A stretch of 64,000 nucleotides of DNA, from NCBI GenBank assembly GCA_013265495.1, contig MU058016.1:62001-126000 (forward strand), written 5' to 3'. The notes beneath the pieces were generated by a model, which had not been told where the DNA came from, ran no database searches, and saw only the letters and a program-made list of their open reading frames with translations. The stretch is from Vicugna vicugna (taxonomy: Eukaryota). Of this stretch, positions 13,200 to 26,721 are shown one piece after another (positions within the stretch are counted from its first letter, which is position 1; every line of letters starts with the position of its first letter). A program made the translations under genes and the position numbers.

Positions 13200-13254
13200 A
13201 TATATATATAATATATACATTATATATATATATATATATTATACACACACACAC
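13200..13254. repeat. Compound (TA)n(CA)n microsatellite at the L1 tail
   Basis: Directly visible. Confidence 0.9.
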
Positions 13255-13489
13255 AAAGATTAAAAAAGGAGGAGAAGAAGGGGAAAGAGAGAAGCAGTTC
13301 CAGGTCTGAACTTCAAAATCTTTCTACGCGGTACAAAAAACTAATTGGCTTTTTTTTCCCTGTCCCTCACAAATTCTTAGTCAAATTTAACATTACCTGG
13401 GAGAGAAACAAATTGAGTGGGAAGGAAAAAATTACACTCACAAGGAATGTTTAGAATTCACTAATTTTAATGTCAAAACCCTGGGGACT

Positions 13490-13910
13490 GTAACATTCAC
13501 TTACTCAATCATCTTTGAATTTAGCGAGTTCCCCTTACAGGCCAGGCACTATCTGACATGCTGGGAATACACGAGCGACTACAGAGCTACACCCTCGTGG
13601 AAGAACAACAGAGAGATGGACAATCAAATAATCTCACTATTATAACGCTGTGTAACAAAGAAGTGCAACAAAGCAGCATATGTGAAGGGGGAGAGAACCA
13701 TAACTGGGGATTTGAGTGAGTCAAGAAGATCAAAATCAGCTTCTCCAAGGATGAGCTGATCTCGGGCAAATGAGCAGGCACCGCCTGGTAGGGAGGGTTA
13801 TGAGAACAAAGCTCTAAAGAACAGCATGGCTTAGTGGGAGGGAGCAAGAAAACACAAGATGAGGTGGTAAAGTAGGGTCTAAGACCATGCAGGACTTTTT
13901 AGGCCATATG
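13490..13910 (-). mobile_element. L2 3' end
   Basis: cattcacttactcaatcatc...ggccaggcactatct...gctgggaatac...accatgcaggactttttaggccat. Confidence 0.6.
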
Positions 13911-13929
13911 TACATGCTAACTTTACATC

Positions 13930-14177
13930 AGGCATCAGGGAAACCTTATTTTAATTTTTTAACTTTCATAACATTGTTTTATTCTACTGTTCCATTCTGC
14001 TTTGTTTTATGTTGACATTCCATTCATGGCATAAGATTTTTATGTCACAACTTAGGGTGGTGTAAAAGTTTTTCTTAAATGTTTGAAAATCAACTTAGAG
14101 ACAACTATTAAATATATTACAGGTGGTAGGCAGATATGGCAGTTAACTATGAACTACTGAAATTTAAGAAACCCTGA
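13930..14177. mobile_element. hAT-Charlie fragment
   Basis: tacaggtggtaggcagatatggc...actgaaatttaagaaaccctg terminus. Confidence 0.45.
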
Positions 14178-14439
14178 CATAAGAAATAACAACCTTCTCG
14201 AATCATTTCAATACTGGTAAAGACATTTCATAACATTGTTGTTTGCTGGGAAATTTCCATCATATTAACTGTCCTCAAATTCTCCTCAACACAGATGTTG
14301 TTAACACCTTTCAGTTCAATTCCTGGTGCATACAATGAGAACTTGTAGGACAAAGGAGCTTAATGATTGCTGAAAGTACAACCTGAGGCAATAGGTAACG
14401 TTAACAAGATCTGCCTCATTTTACTTTTAAAAAATAATT

Positions 14440-15995
14440 TCAATGTTAAGAAAACACTAGCTATGTTTTCCTTTTTTCTAATTGCAATGTATATTATTGA
14501 TGACTCAGAGTGAAAAAAAGGGAAGTACAAAAGAACAAAAACCTCACCACCCTTGGATAAATGAACTGTTAACATTTGATGTTTTTCCCTTAGTTTTCTA
14601 TGACTTTGTATTTATAGCTTGTATATACACACAATTCACATCACACATCCAGTTTTACATGTTTTTTAAGTTTCAGATTATAATAAACGCTGTTCTATGC
14701 CGTTAAAATAAAATGCTTCCTAACAGCAATGAGCACACGTAGGACCCAGATCTTGGTTTTGAACACCATTCTCCAATAAAAGGAACAAGAGATTCTTGGA
14801 AAAATGGCAATTCCTTGGACTAAGGCAGGAAATGCACAAGATGAGCCTGGAGCATCGTATAGTAATAAAGTAAGGAAGTGCTTAAGAAAATAAACACACA
14901 CAATGAGTTGGAATATGTCAAAGAAACAAAAGGGCCAACTGAGACCTCTCAGTTGCCAAAGCTGGAACAATTTTAGCAAAAAAGGTAAAGAAAGCAGTAT
15001 TGGGTTATAACATAAAATGAATATCCATGACTTCATACTGATATAAATAAATGATCGAATAAATAAATAACGGGGGAGACTAGACAAATCTCCTGCACTG
15101 AATTTCAAATTCAAATCCTCAAAGAAGTGGAACATAACTTCCCACTCCTTAAGTGTAAACTGTGCACAGTGACTTCCTTCTAAAGAATACAGTATGGGAA
15201 GGGGCAGTGGGGCTGGGGGAGCATAGAATAACTTTACAGAGAAGCCTGCCAAACACCACCTCAACCCAGTGATCAAAGTTCACATTAACTGTGGTAAGTC
15301 ATGCTGATAGAATGTACTCTTAATAAGATGTGGAAAATGGCACTTGACCTCTGTGGTCTTTCTCCCCTTACCCATAACTTCACTTCAAAAATGAGGAAAA
15401 CATCAGACAAATTCCAACTGAGAAACATTCTACAAAATACTGACAAGTACTCCTCAAGTTTATCAAGGTCATTAAAATAGAAGGAAAGTCTGAGAAACTG
15501 TCGCAACCAATAGGCACTTAAGGAGAAAGGACTAAATGAAATAAATACAGTGTCCTGGATGGGATCCTGGAACAGGAAAAAGGAATTAGTAAAAAACTAA
15601 GGAGACCTGAATAAAGTATGCGGACTTTAAGTTAGCAATAATGAATTTATGTCAGTTCATTAATCGCAACAGATGTACCACAGTAACATGAGATGTTAAC
15701 AATACTAGGGGCTTAGTATATGGGAACTCTGTACTACCTTTGCAATTTTTCTGTAAATCTAAAGCTGTTCTAAAAATAAAGTTTATTTTTAATGCATAAC
15801 AAAAATGTTTTGAAAATACTTTAAATTACTAAATAATGCCCCAGTTTATTTATTATCTTTCAGCATTTCCCTATCGTTGAAAGTCTGAACCATTGCCAAC
15901 TGTTCCCTGTTACAAGTAACAGAATAGTGAACAACTCTACATATATTTGGTTCATACTTTTGATTATGTCCTAATAATAGATTCTTAGAAATTCA
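14440..15995 (-). mobile_element. Ancient L1ME 3' region (minus strand), split by an L1MC insertion
   Basis: Left part ctcaccacccttggataaatgaactgttaacatttg; right part ttccctatcgttgaaag...gattatgtcctaataatagattcttagaaatt. Confidence 0.5.
14705..15790 (+). mobile_element. L1MC-type 3' UTR
   Basis: acagcaatgagcacac...cccagatcttggttt...actttacagagaagcctgccaaacaccacctcaacccagtgatcaa...gtcctggatgggatcctggaacagg...ctgtaaatctaaagctgttctaaaaataaa. Confidence 0.85.
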
Positions 15996-16796
15996 CTCTA
16001 CTTTTTTAAAAAAGTCAAAATAGCACATTTACCTACAGTGGCTTCAACTGCAGTAATAATCAAAAGCATCAGAAATCCCATTAGACTGTACAACTTTTCT
16101 CAAATAAGTTTCATTCCTTTAAACAGCAAGGAGCGCACCCAGAATTTGCATTTAACTACCGGCCTTATTCATTGATTCATGCATTCACACAATAAATATC
16201 TGATTAGCGGCTAAGAGAACCAGGCAAATGCACCGTTAGGAAAGACATTCAATCATTTTCAGACCTTATACTCTGATATATAATAAAGGAACACCTAAAT
16301 CACAGAATTCTTACATTTGACAGCTAAAAACAGTTTCCTGGTTTTTGCAATGAAATGGTATATGAATAATAAGCAGTAAGCACTTTTATACTAATTTTCT
16401 GTAGCACTTGAATCTCCAGGACACGATGTGATTTTGTAGCTAAAAAAAATTCCTCACTACATTATCATTTGCTGATTTTTTATTTAATTTTATTTAAAAA
16501 CTTGACATTTTTAATCTATCATAAATGATTTTTTGTAGTATTTTCCATCTCAGTTTAACTTCACTGTCCTCTAGTGCCACCTAACGCCCATCTCCTCTGG
16601 CATTTCTGTGCTCCTTCATCCTCCCATCAATGTTGTTTTAAACCTGAGTATAACCCCACCAGCAAAACTTCCCTTGATTGTCTTCAAAATCTCCATGTGT
16701 CACCAAGCTCTCCAAAACTGTTGCCATTGTTTCCATGACATCTAATTGTTTTTTCCTAAAACTTAGAGATCACTTCAAGAAATTCAACAATAGTAT

Positions 16797-17232
16797 CTGT
16801 CAGGCTGAGTTCCTTGGAAATGTTCTCTACAATGGAAAGCTGCGAATAGATGGTTTATTATGGTGAGAGGGATGCCCAGGGAGACACACCTGTAAGGAAG
16901 TGAGGGGGTCAGGACTGAGCAGAGGAGGAAGGTAACCCACAACGTGGTTTCAATGGAGGACTCATGGTACTACAGGAAGCCCTGGGGCTGGGACTGCAGA
17001 GATGTCCCAAACTGGGGCAGAAGGGCTGGACCTTTATATCCTCTCAGCAAGCAGTCATTGCCTCCAAATGCCCCATTAGAGGGGGACAACCTTGGGAAAA
17101 GCAGTTTCCTGTGGCCGCAGGCAACACGGGTGAGGGACACAGCTGTGAGACCATCACAGTCTATTGCCTTAGCTGCCTAGGGATGGACACATCACCAGAG
17201 GAGGGGATCTGGGTCTAGCATCAGTTTTCACC
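16797..17232 (-). mobile_element. ERVL solo LTR (LTR33/LTR16 group)
   Basis: acacctgtaaggaagtgagg...ggactgagcagagg...cagtcattg...aaccttgggaaaagcag...cagctgtgagacc...ggggatctggg. Confidence 0.7.
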
Positions 17233-19899
17233 ATGGATCTGTCCTCAGTAAGTCTTTGCCTGCTCATTTACTCTCACCAGTAGATCTTAAGGGAATCAAG
17301 CCTTTGAAAATGAAATCTACAATCCACAGACATTTTTAATCAGGGAGACTTCTGAGAGCACATAGTTCATTTTGCATGTGAAATGGGTGAGGAAATTAGG
17401 CACACCTACATGCCACTCCCAGCCCAGTGCCTAGGAAGGCAGTCTGCAAATTCCTTTAAAAGGTATCAAAAGCATTATTATTTTTAAGCATTATGCTAAT
17501 TTTTAGGATGTGAAATAAAATTACACATAAAAACAGAAATATAAATAATATAAAATATAAGGTATAATATAAATATTATCAACAATGAAATTAAGATGCC
17601 TGTATCAGTTCTCAGCACAAAAATCTGAGAGAGGACTCTGCGGACAGCTGTGTGCTTAGAAAGATTAGGAATCAATCAGAACATCTATATTTGAGGAACT
17701 GACATTATTGTCTATTTAACCTTGAGAAACTATCCCTGTAAATATGGGTGTAGCAATGTGGGATTTTCTCAGGAGGATAAAAATAGCTTAACTGAAAAAC
17801 TTATAATTTTGAAAACAAAAATTTGCATTCAACTTTCTAGGTTGGGTTTATCTGTTCTTTTCAGGCTTTATATAATTATCCTGAGTCTGAAGATTTCAAA
17901 CATATTGACTAAATCCTTTCTTTCAAGACAGAGTTTGGGATTTATGAAATGTTTTGACAAAGTTTCATTATTATACATATATTAGGAAATTAAAAAAGAT
18001 AATGTTGAATATTTTTTTAAAAATATATGGCTAATCAGTTCCTTGAGATACTCTTCTAATAAAATGAGTGACCAAAACTACTCAATAAATGTCAGAAATT
18101 ATTCAATATTTAATTAAAAAGTAATGTTCATTTATGCCATACCATACCATCTATCACTAATTATTCTCCTAGCACTTTAAAAATTAAAAGTTTTTCTTCA
18201 ATTAGTGGGAAAAGTATATATCATTATTCAATTTGATTTCAAATTTGTGGAGTACCTACTATTTGTAAGGCAAATATTAAGCAAAGGAAATAACTAAAAG
18301 TGACCCTTTCTGAGACGTTCCACTTAAGATGTGGTGAAGGAAAATTCACAAGTGTAGGAAGGCTAATCATTCTGAAAATATTATCTGTCAAGTTCAGGCA
18401 ACGCCTAGCTTCCTGAACAAGTGAAGTTTCAGAAGTTTGCTAGAAAGCTGTTTACTAGCTCAGAGAAGCAATGTCATAAATGGGGGCTGGTTTCCCAACG
18501 AGACTTCCTAACATGATACCAGCAGTTCCACCCTAAGTTCTGGGAGCAAGAAATTATGAACAACGGGAGGAAAGCACAGTAGTTTCCCATTCCCTTGCGA
18601 GATCCAGAGCCCTTCTGTAGCCAAGTCCTGGATTAGAGGAAGTCTTTGGCTAGCATTCTCCCTTCCCACGCACTGCCACTCAAAGCCCCTATTTTCTAGC
18701 CTCTTAGCATCCAATACTAAGTCCTGAAGTACACCACCCCACTTCCCCCGCCCCAGACCCAGATCACTGCCATAGAGTCTACAGATTGCGCTAACTCACT
18801 GCCACCCCACCAACTCCACCCCCTATTCAAGTTTTTACAGTTTTCTATCCAGGAGGAAAGAATCTAACTGAATTAATTCATGCTAGCATGTAAATGATCA
18901 TTCCTTAAGGCTCCAAAAGACACTGGTATAACTTTTAAAGAAAATACTTGTGAAGCCTGAAGAATAACAGTCTAATAGCAGTGATGGGGGAGGGGAACCA
19001 CAGGAGGATAATTAGTATATATTGAGCATTTACAGCATGCTGTGTTTACTAACACAGCTTCACTGGACCCTCTTACCATCATCAGCCAGTAGAAGAGAAA
19101 TACGGGGTTTGGAGAGGTTGTGTCTTACTGAGCTCTGGATGACAGTCTACCTGGTCCTCTCTCTCGCTTGGCAAAGTCAGCCAGTCTGGTCCCTCCCCCA
19201 GGGGCAGACAGTTCACCTAGCCCATTCTTTTGCTCTGTTCTTTTACACTCTTCCTTTGTGCTGAAACCTCTAGAGGCAAAACCTCCAGTGTGTGATGGGA
19301 GGGAAAGTAGGAGAAACTGAGGCAAGGATGGCTAAATACTACTAAAGCATGTTTGTATAAATGGAACTGCTTCTAACTGGGGTGTGGATCAAGAAGTGCT
19401 TGTATTCTGGGCTTTGAGAAAGGGAGAATAGGACATTATCTTAACTTCTTCAGTTTACTCATCTCCGAAGTACCAATAACTATTTACGTGAAGTCTGTTT
19501 TATAGGTCCTTTTCCAACATTCTAGGACTCAATAAATGAGATACCCTTTAGGTTAACTCAGGTGCTATAACATACAGCACAGCTGATGTTAAAACTAGTC
19601 ATCTTGTTACTATGGCTTTACAAACAGTATAACCCATTCAGAAAGAAAGGCATTTCTCTCAATGCCATAGTTTTTTTATTCTATACTCTGCTCATTTTAT
19701 ATTAAAAGCAGAAGAAAAACAGTATCCCTCTGCAGAATCTGAGTGGGCACTCTGTTCCAGGCCAGTAGCTGGGTCCAGCTGCTCAGAGATTTTCTGTATG
19801 GCTGATCACTCATCTTCCCAATGGCTGATTATTGACCAAACCCAGGTGAACATTGGAAATTTTTGCCCGCTCATAGCAAAACTGGTTTGTCTTTGAGAA

Positions 19900-20320
19900 C
19901 CCACCTGCCTCCCACTCTCAGTCCACATTGTTTAGGTTGGATGCTCCTTGCTCCTGGGCACCAAGGATACACATGTGACCTGGCCAAGCCCCTCATCTAC
20001 CTGCCACAGTGGGTAAGGTGAGGATCTGAATCATTCCAATGAGACACTCCCAAGAACTGTGAGAAAGACAGATGCCAAGAGCTGCAGGGGGCCACCAGGT
20101 AGAGACCTACCTGAGAGAGAAGGTGTCCAAAGCCAAGTAATTTTGAGGGAAGAAAACAAAGAAGGCTGGAGGGGCAGAGACAGAGAAACCCCATGGCCCT
20201 GTTTGAAGCTCTGGACCCAGGCTGCCCTGGGGCTTTGCCAGGTATGAGCCAATCTGCTCTCTTCTGAAGCCAAATCAGGAAGAGTTGAGCTCCTGACACA
20301 GGCAAGAGTCCTGAATAAGA
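19900..20320 (+). mobile_element. Old MaLR LTR (MLT1-type)
   Basis: catgtgacctggccaa...tttgaagctctggacccaggctgccctgg...tatgagccaat...gaagccaa. Confidence 0.5.
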
Positions 20321-21780
20321 CATCCTTGATGTCTGGGCTCCACCTATCTCATTAGACATCTCCATTCCTACCCATCTCTCCTCTAATTATTATGACAGGG
20401 ACCATGGTGTGGATCAGCACCCAAGCCTGGCCCACCCAGCGGGACCCAGTCCGAGCAGCAGCCCAGTCTCCTGGTTCCTGGTACATCCAGCCCCGAGCAT
20501 CATTCTTCAACAAGCACTCACATTCCACCCCCAGCTCCATCCGTCTTCCTTCTCAAAGGTCCCTGACCCAAGTGGACCATCAGGCTTCCAGGCAAGGAGT
20601 GCTGAGTTAGGCCTGTGGTTGGCTTGTTTATTTTAAAGGGGGTGTAACTGTACTTCAGTCTCAAGGCTCAGTGCACACAGCGCAGATCCACATCCCTCTG
20701 AATCACCCACCTCTTAGGTTTGAGAACTGCCCTCTCATGTGAACAAAGCTCTTTCTTCAAAATAACTCCCGACTGTGGGCTTCTACTTTTTTTTTAGCAC
20801 ATCTGTTTCTAAAAGATGGTCATGGAATCATTGAGAGAAAATGAGGAGGGAGAGCTGACAGGACAGAAGTCTATTTACAAAGCAGACCAACTGTCCCAAC
20901 AGCTGTTATAGTGAAGTAATTAAGCCTCTGTACCTACCTCCTGAGAAAAGGAATTCCCATGGTTTTATTTACTTAACAAGAGGGCTATGTATGCTATCTG
21001 ATAGTGACACTTATCCTTTTCCTCCCCAACTAAGAAGAAAAATCTCTGGAGTGCAGGGGCTTGGATGTCCAGAATCTAGAACAGAACCCTGTGAATGTAG
21101 CCCATAGTCAGCAAATACAGACCACTGAGGAGGATAATTGGAGGAAGTTCCCATTCACTATCACATTCTCTGATAAAGGAATCCTGCATTCTCAGGATTC
21201 AGTCCCGAAGGAGATTCTCCATACAAGGGAATAGAAATTGACTTCCAGAAAACGGAACTCAATATTAACAAGAAACTCCAACTGTGACCAAATTAGGACT
21301 CTAACCATCTGCTGGTCTCTTCAGTAAATGCTGCAGGACATGACTAACATTTCTGGGAGTGTCTGCACCTCTCCCTAGGAGGCCCAGTCTATAGCTCTTT
21401 CCTTCTAAGAATCAGTCCGTGCACTCTGCAAGGTTCTGAGATAAATAAATACACAAGGTCATGGCTGAAAATTCAGAGACGTAAGTTTTGTTTTGCTTTT
21501 GTAGTGCTGTTAGGGCCATCTTATTTCTGAGTCTTCCTTTTAACCCAAGGGTACTAATTGAGGATTCTGGAGTCCATGGACTGGAAATCATGGACTACCT
21601 TGCTTGAAGGTGAATGCACAATATTATTTTGTGTACATTTGTGTTTCTTTATGAAAAGAACTATACCACAACTTTCATTAGTTTCTGCAAAAGGTTTATT
21701 ATCCTCAAAAAGAATGAGAATATTAAATTCCTTTGGTGTTTATTTGGTTGTGACTCCAAGTAAAATGTTACGTAAGAATC

Positions 21781-21787
21781 AAAAAAA

Positions 21788-21819
<32 letters not shown>

Positions 21820-21821
21820 AA
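21781..21821. repeat. (AAAG)n microsatellite
   Basis: A-run followed by tandem aaag units. Confidence 0.9.
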
Positions 21822-22877
21822 CCAGGTTACATTTTTCCATTATTGCAGATAAAGAATATGTAGGTTCTTGATACTTGTTTGACTTGGGCATGGTTTATGT
21901 CATTGAGGGTTTTTACTAAATGCTCTTTCCTACTCTGGATGGCAGTAATGCCTGGGTGCTCAGGGCAGCCATATTGCCCAGTGTTGGTCATGGCCGTAGT
22001 TGGCTGGGGAAGTCAAAGCACAGATTGGCAGGCCTAACTTGGGCAGGGTTTGGTTCAATTTCTGAGCACTCACACTTGCTAGGCATGCTAGAATCCATAT
22101 CCTAAGCTCTCAGAGTGACAGGTAGGCTGCCTGAAGCTGCTATGTCAGGTGTGATTAAAGTTTGACAGATTACAGTCTCAATGAGGAATTTTTACATTTT
22201 CTTTCCTTCCCTACTGTAACTTTGGATAACAAATGTAACGGCGGGCTTTTAGACACTTTAAGCTTTCCTTCTTGCTTAGGCACTTCCGCAAATCTGTTTC
22301 CTAAATGTGAATATTGGCTGTACATGAAAATATGAAACTTAGATTTTTATACCTTAAAAATATATATAAGAAAATATAAAACAGATCTCCTTCATCATGT
22401 TCAATATGCTGTCTTCCTAATCACCCCACAATTATGTTAACAAATACAGACTTTTAAACATACTCTTCTGTACAGAACTCCTTTCCAAAGTTCTTCATTT
22501 TTCTCCTCACCCTAACTTCAGGAAAAAAATTGGAAGCTCATTAAAAATATGTTCTCCATAATTTACAGCTGTAACACCTGGATCACCAGGCTTTATCTCA
22601 TTTCTCTCTCTTTCTAAGCTCTGAAAAGTACAGTAAATGAAAATCTCTCCCCTGAGCACTGAAAGGAGAAGATTAGACTGCATTTCCTGCCTTCATTTAC
22701 CTTCCAATAGTGCTCAATAAAAAAGCAAGAGGGAGAATGAAATGACATGTTTTTACAGGGGGAAAAATATTTTCACCCACTAGGCATTTCTTATTTCTTA
22801 TAGACATTTAAAAAATACCTTTATCTTAGTAGAGGAAGGTAGTCCCAACCTACTTCTCTCTTTACAAAAAAAACAAC

Positions 22878-23017
22878 TATGATAAATCAGAGAAAAAAAA
22901 TGTGACAATGAGTGTGTATATGTCCATGAATGACTGAAAAATTGTGCTGAACACTGGAATTTGACACAACATTGTAAAATGATTATAAATCAATAAAAAA
23001 TGTTAAAAAAAAAAAAA
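22878..23017 (+). mobile_element. Very short young L1 3' tail, same subfamily as 11476-12655
   Basis: aaaaaaatgtgacaatgagtgtgtatatgtccatgaatgactgaaaaattgtgctgaacactggaatttgacacaacattgta is identical to the segment at ~12534-12616; poly-A tail. Confidence 0.92.
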
Positions 23018-23139
23018 CTGTGAGCTCAGTGTAGTTCCACACACACAGCCATGAAGGAAAGCTACTCCCCCAGACCAACGGCAAGAACTTTTCCAAAGGT
23101 GAGTCTCCTCTTCATGGCCAAGAATCTGGGCTCTCAAGA

Positions 23140-23670
23140 TTGCTTCAGTACTTAAAGTCCAAAATCTCCCCGTGGCCCACAAAGTCCTGTATAATCTAGC
23201 CCCTGCGAACCATTCCAGACCCATCCCCTCTCACTTTCCCTCTTATTGACTAAATTCCAATGTCCAGGCAACCTTTCTCTCAGCGCCTTGTGCTGTGGTT
23301 TCCTCTGCCCGCAACTATCTGCTACATCCCTTACTTCCTCTTCTCCTGAAAATCTGGCCAACTTCTGTCCATTCTCTGCATTTCATCCTATGCGTCACTT
23401 CTTCAGGAAAACCTTCCCTGTCCCTCTCCCTCCTGCATGATTAGGTTGAGAACTTTTGCAATTCATTCCTGTAGGTCAGTTCATCACTGTCCTCCTCTGA
23501 ATGAGTTATCATGACTGTAATTGATAATTACTTGTGTATTCTTTTAATTTAATGAACGTTTCTTCTACTAGATCATAAGGTCTATGGGAGCAGGAATTGG
23601 TCTCTCTTCTTTACCAAGATATTAACAAGATACCATGTCTACCACAGAGGAAATATTTAATAAATAAATG
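23140..23670 (+). mobile_element. L2 3' end
   Basis: aaagtccaaaatctccccgtggcccacaaagtcctgtataatctagcccctg...gtcacttcttcaggaaaaccttccctg...ctactagatcataagg...aataaataaatga. Confidence 0.75.
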
Positions 23671-23884
23671 AGGAAGGGATAGAGAAAAAAGAAGAGGTGA
23701 GTTACCAAAATAATTGGTATTGGATTGGAAGGAGATCTTCCAACGAGACACACACATATACGGGGCTGGTTCAGTACATAGAACATTTTAACCAAATCTT
23801 TTCCCTATTCCAGGACACCTGGAGAAGAGCTATATGACAATACTCAGGAGCAGATGTAGCAGTTCTTCAGAACTGAGGAACGTC

Positions 23885-24135
23885 ATGTAACATGGTAACT
23901 GAAGTCATGAGATTTGGAGCCAGCCACTTAGGTACTAAATCCCAGCCCTGCCACCTACCAACTGTGTGACCTTGAGCACTTTCTTCACCCTTTCTGAGCC
24001 TCCAGTGATCCATCTATAAAATGAGGCTAAGAATTCTTGCTCCTAGTTGTCACAAAGATTATGAACTAATGCCTGTGAAGCACTTAAGACCGTGAGTTGC
24101 ACAAGACTAAAATTTTAGTGCTGTTGTTATTATTA
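23885..24135 (+). mobile_element. MIR SINE
   Basis: aaatcccagccctgccacctaccaactgtgtgaccttgagcac...ctgagcctccag...catctataaaatgagg. Confidence 0.85.
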
Positions 24136-26677
24136 CCAAGAAACATTAGCAATTGTACCAATTCCATTGGTCATACCATTAGGCAAGAACGATCTTGCCT
24201 CTTCCTTTTTAAAGGAGTAAACCTAACACGGGCACATTCACAAACAACAAGATGCTTTGAAGACAATTTGTTTTCCAGTCCAGACAGCCTAACACTTACA
24301 CCTAATTGCAGAACGCACAGCTATATTTTTCACAGGAGTTTAACGACATGATTGGAAGTCAAGATACATGTACAGAACTCACAAGAACGATGTGAAAAAT
24401 ATTCACTGATGAGCTCCTGGAACCGGACCCACAAATAAACAAACTATCCCACACCCACTCACTATATCTTTCTAGATACTTTTCTAAAACTAATAATGGC
24501 AAATTCCTCCAGCTGTCTCTCCAAAACAATGGTGAGACTCAAACCCATTGGCAGGGCTGGTGTTGAAGGAATACCAGACTCAACCACGAATCACTGGTTT
24601 GGGCACCAGTCACACACTTGGCACGGGTGTACTGATGCAGCCTCACTAACTGGTGGAGCAGTGAATATCCTGGCAACTATGGCCCTGGCAGAAATCAGAT
24701 GTTTGTTACCCAAACGGTGCCACTTACTATGGACAGAACCAGGACTGCAGAGAAATTACTTAGACAAGCCTCTCTAAGAATTTCCCCTATGTAAAATACA
24801 ACTATAATATATGTTATAAATAACTGCATATACAACAATACCTCTCTGTCAAAACTGCTGAGGTTTAAATTAAAATTATGCACATAATCTGTAACATTTA
24901 AGATACCATGTAAAGAATGCCTAGCAGAGAGATCTACTTTATCTCCTTCCACTACTATCATGTATTCATAGAACAAGAGAGCATTAATAACAGAAATGAG
25001 AGGAGACTGTAGAACATAGAGAATACATAATTATAAGGGTCTTGTTACTTACAACATGTTCCCTGTAATAAGATCAAAAACAGAAATTAAAATGATGATA
25101 CAGTGGGATACCAAGTGAGGAAGAATTTTTTTCAATCAAGTGTGACATGCAAAAGTTGTAGCTATATCTTTACCTAGCAATCAAGGAGCTCTTAGAGGGT
25201 ATTGAGATTTAACAAAAATTAAATTCAAAGGTAGAGGAGTGAAGGCCAAGCCCTACCACAATAGATACCACTAGAAAGAAGGTCACAGACACTTACACAA
25301 AACAAGTTCACACAAAACTAGTACAAATTTCTAGCATCAAATACAAAATTTGTGTAGCTGCTGGAAACTCACATTAGACTTATATGCCTAGAAATTAAAA
25401 AGTAAACTTTAAAATATAAAATGGACACTTATACCACTCAAAATGCAATCCAGACACAATTAAGAGGACTCTGTTATAAAAAGAGCGACTGAGAATCATT
25501 AGCAACATTAACAGAAAATAGACCATTCTTTCAGCCGTCAACACAAAGGCTCTGCAGTCCCAGATTCGTTTGTTCCTAATTCAGTTACTCGCCAACTCTC
25601 TTTTTTTCAGGTGATTTCCAAAAATGAGCTTCCTGTGATTATGAGAATGCATCTTATGGCCCTTCTCTAATTAAAAGACGAACTGTCTCAATAAAGAGGT
25701 GCACTAAATGCCTCCCCATTTTTTGTACTTAGTGACAGTAAAGCCAGGCCAAGCTGGAAAATACGAAGGATAGATCTTAGTTACTGTAACATCTAGGTTT
25801 CAAAAGATTAAGGAAATAATTCAGTGACCTCTCTTCCATGGTGGCCTTAAATAAGATGGATAGTTACAGAAGAATGATTATTCTACTGAAGAAAAGGTAT
25901 TCTTTATACACTAGTTCAAGTTCAAAGCAAGATTACTCCTTCCCTCCGTAGAACACATCTCATAGTAAATGACAAAAACTGTCTTCTAATTGGTTTTCCC
26001 TTTGGCTGAGCTGGTTATTGTACAGCCACTCAGACTAAATGAACTTAGACCATCTGTAAAGACTATGTTAACATTGAAATTTAGTATTATCAGATTAAAT
26101 CTAAGGGGGAGAATTTAGGGAGTTCTTCTGCTTACCTTTGGCTCCAGTGGGAAATATGAAATATGTGAAAGAACAAGTATGTGTATAAACCACACTAGAT
26201 GAAGGTATAATTGTGTGTGTGTGTATAGCATTTGTCAGAGCAACACAAAATGTCAAAACATGATAGGAGCCAATTATTTAAATTTAACTGTGAGAAAAAA
26301 TTATGAAAGCCGCTAATCAAAAAAAAAAAAAATCCTGCCTTTCTTTTTTTTTTCTCCCTCTCTGCCCTTGTTCCCAGAAAGAAAAAGAAGTGAGATAGCA
26401 GAAAGGCAAGTAGCAGGAGGACAGAGAATGAAAAGCCCAGACCCAAGTAAAACACCAGCTGGGTAGTCCTGTGGGTAACAGGTACCAGGTGAGGTAAGGA
26501 CACTAACCACAGCTGTTCCTCCAAGACACACACAGATTCTCTCCTACCAAGGTCCACACAGTTCTTCCTCATATTCTGGCACATACCCAGGAAGAAAAAC
26601 GATGAAGTCAGAGAAAGTGAACATGTCAGATAGAGGAAGAGATATAAGGACACTTTACAAAGCCCCATCTTCCTTGA

Positions 26678-26721
26678 AAAGAGGTGGAGGGCGTAGGGGG
26701 AAAGAGGTGGAGGGCGTAGGG
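26678..26721. repeat. Direct repeat of a 21-mer (period 23)
   Basis: aaagaggtggagggcgtaggg at 26678-26698 and 26701-26721. Confidence 0.9.

Noticed and set aside
13200..13245. Self-complementary TA-rich inverted repeat
   Set aside because: Intrinsic property of a (TA)n microsatellite at an L1 tail.
16564..16578. CTCF-like ggcactagaggacag on the minus strand
   Set aside because: Mismatch in the highly conserved GGC core (GGAC).
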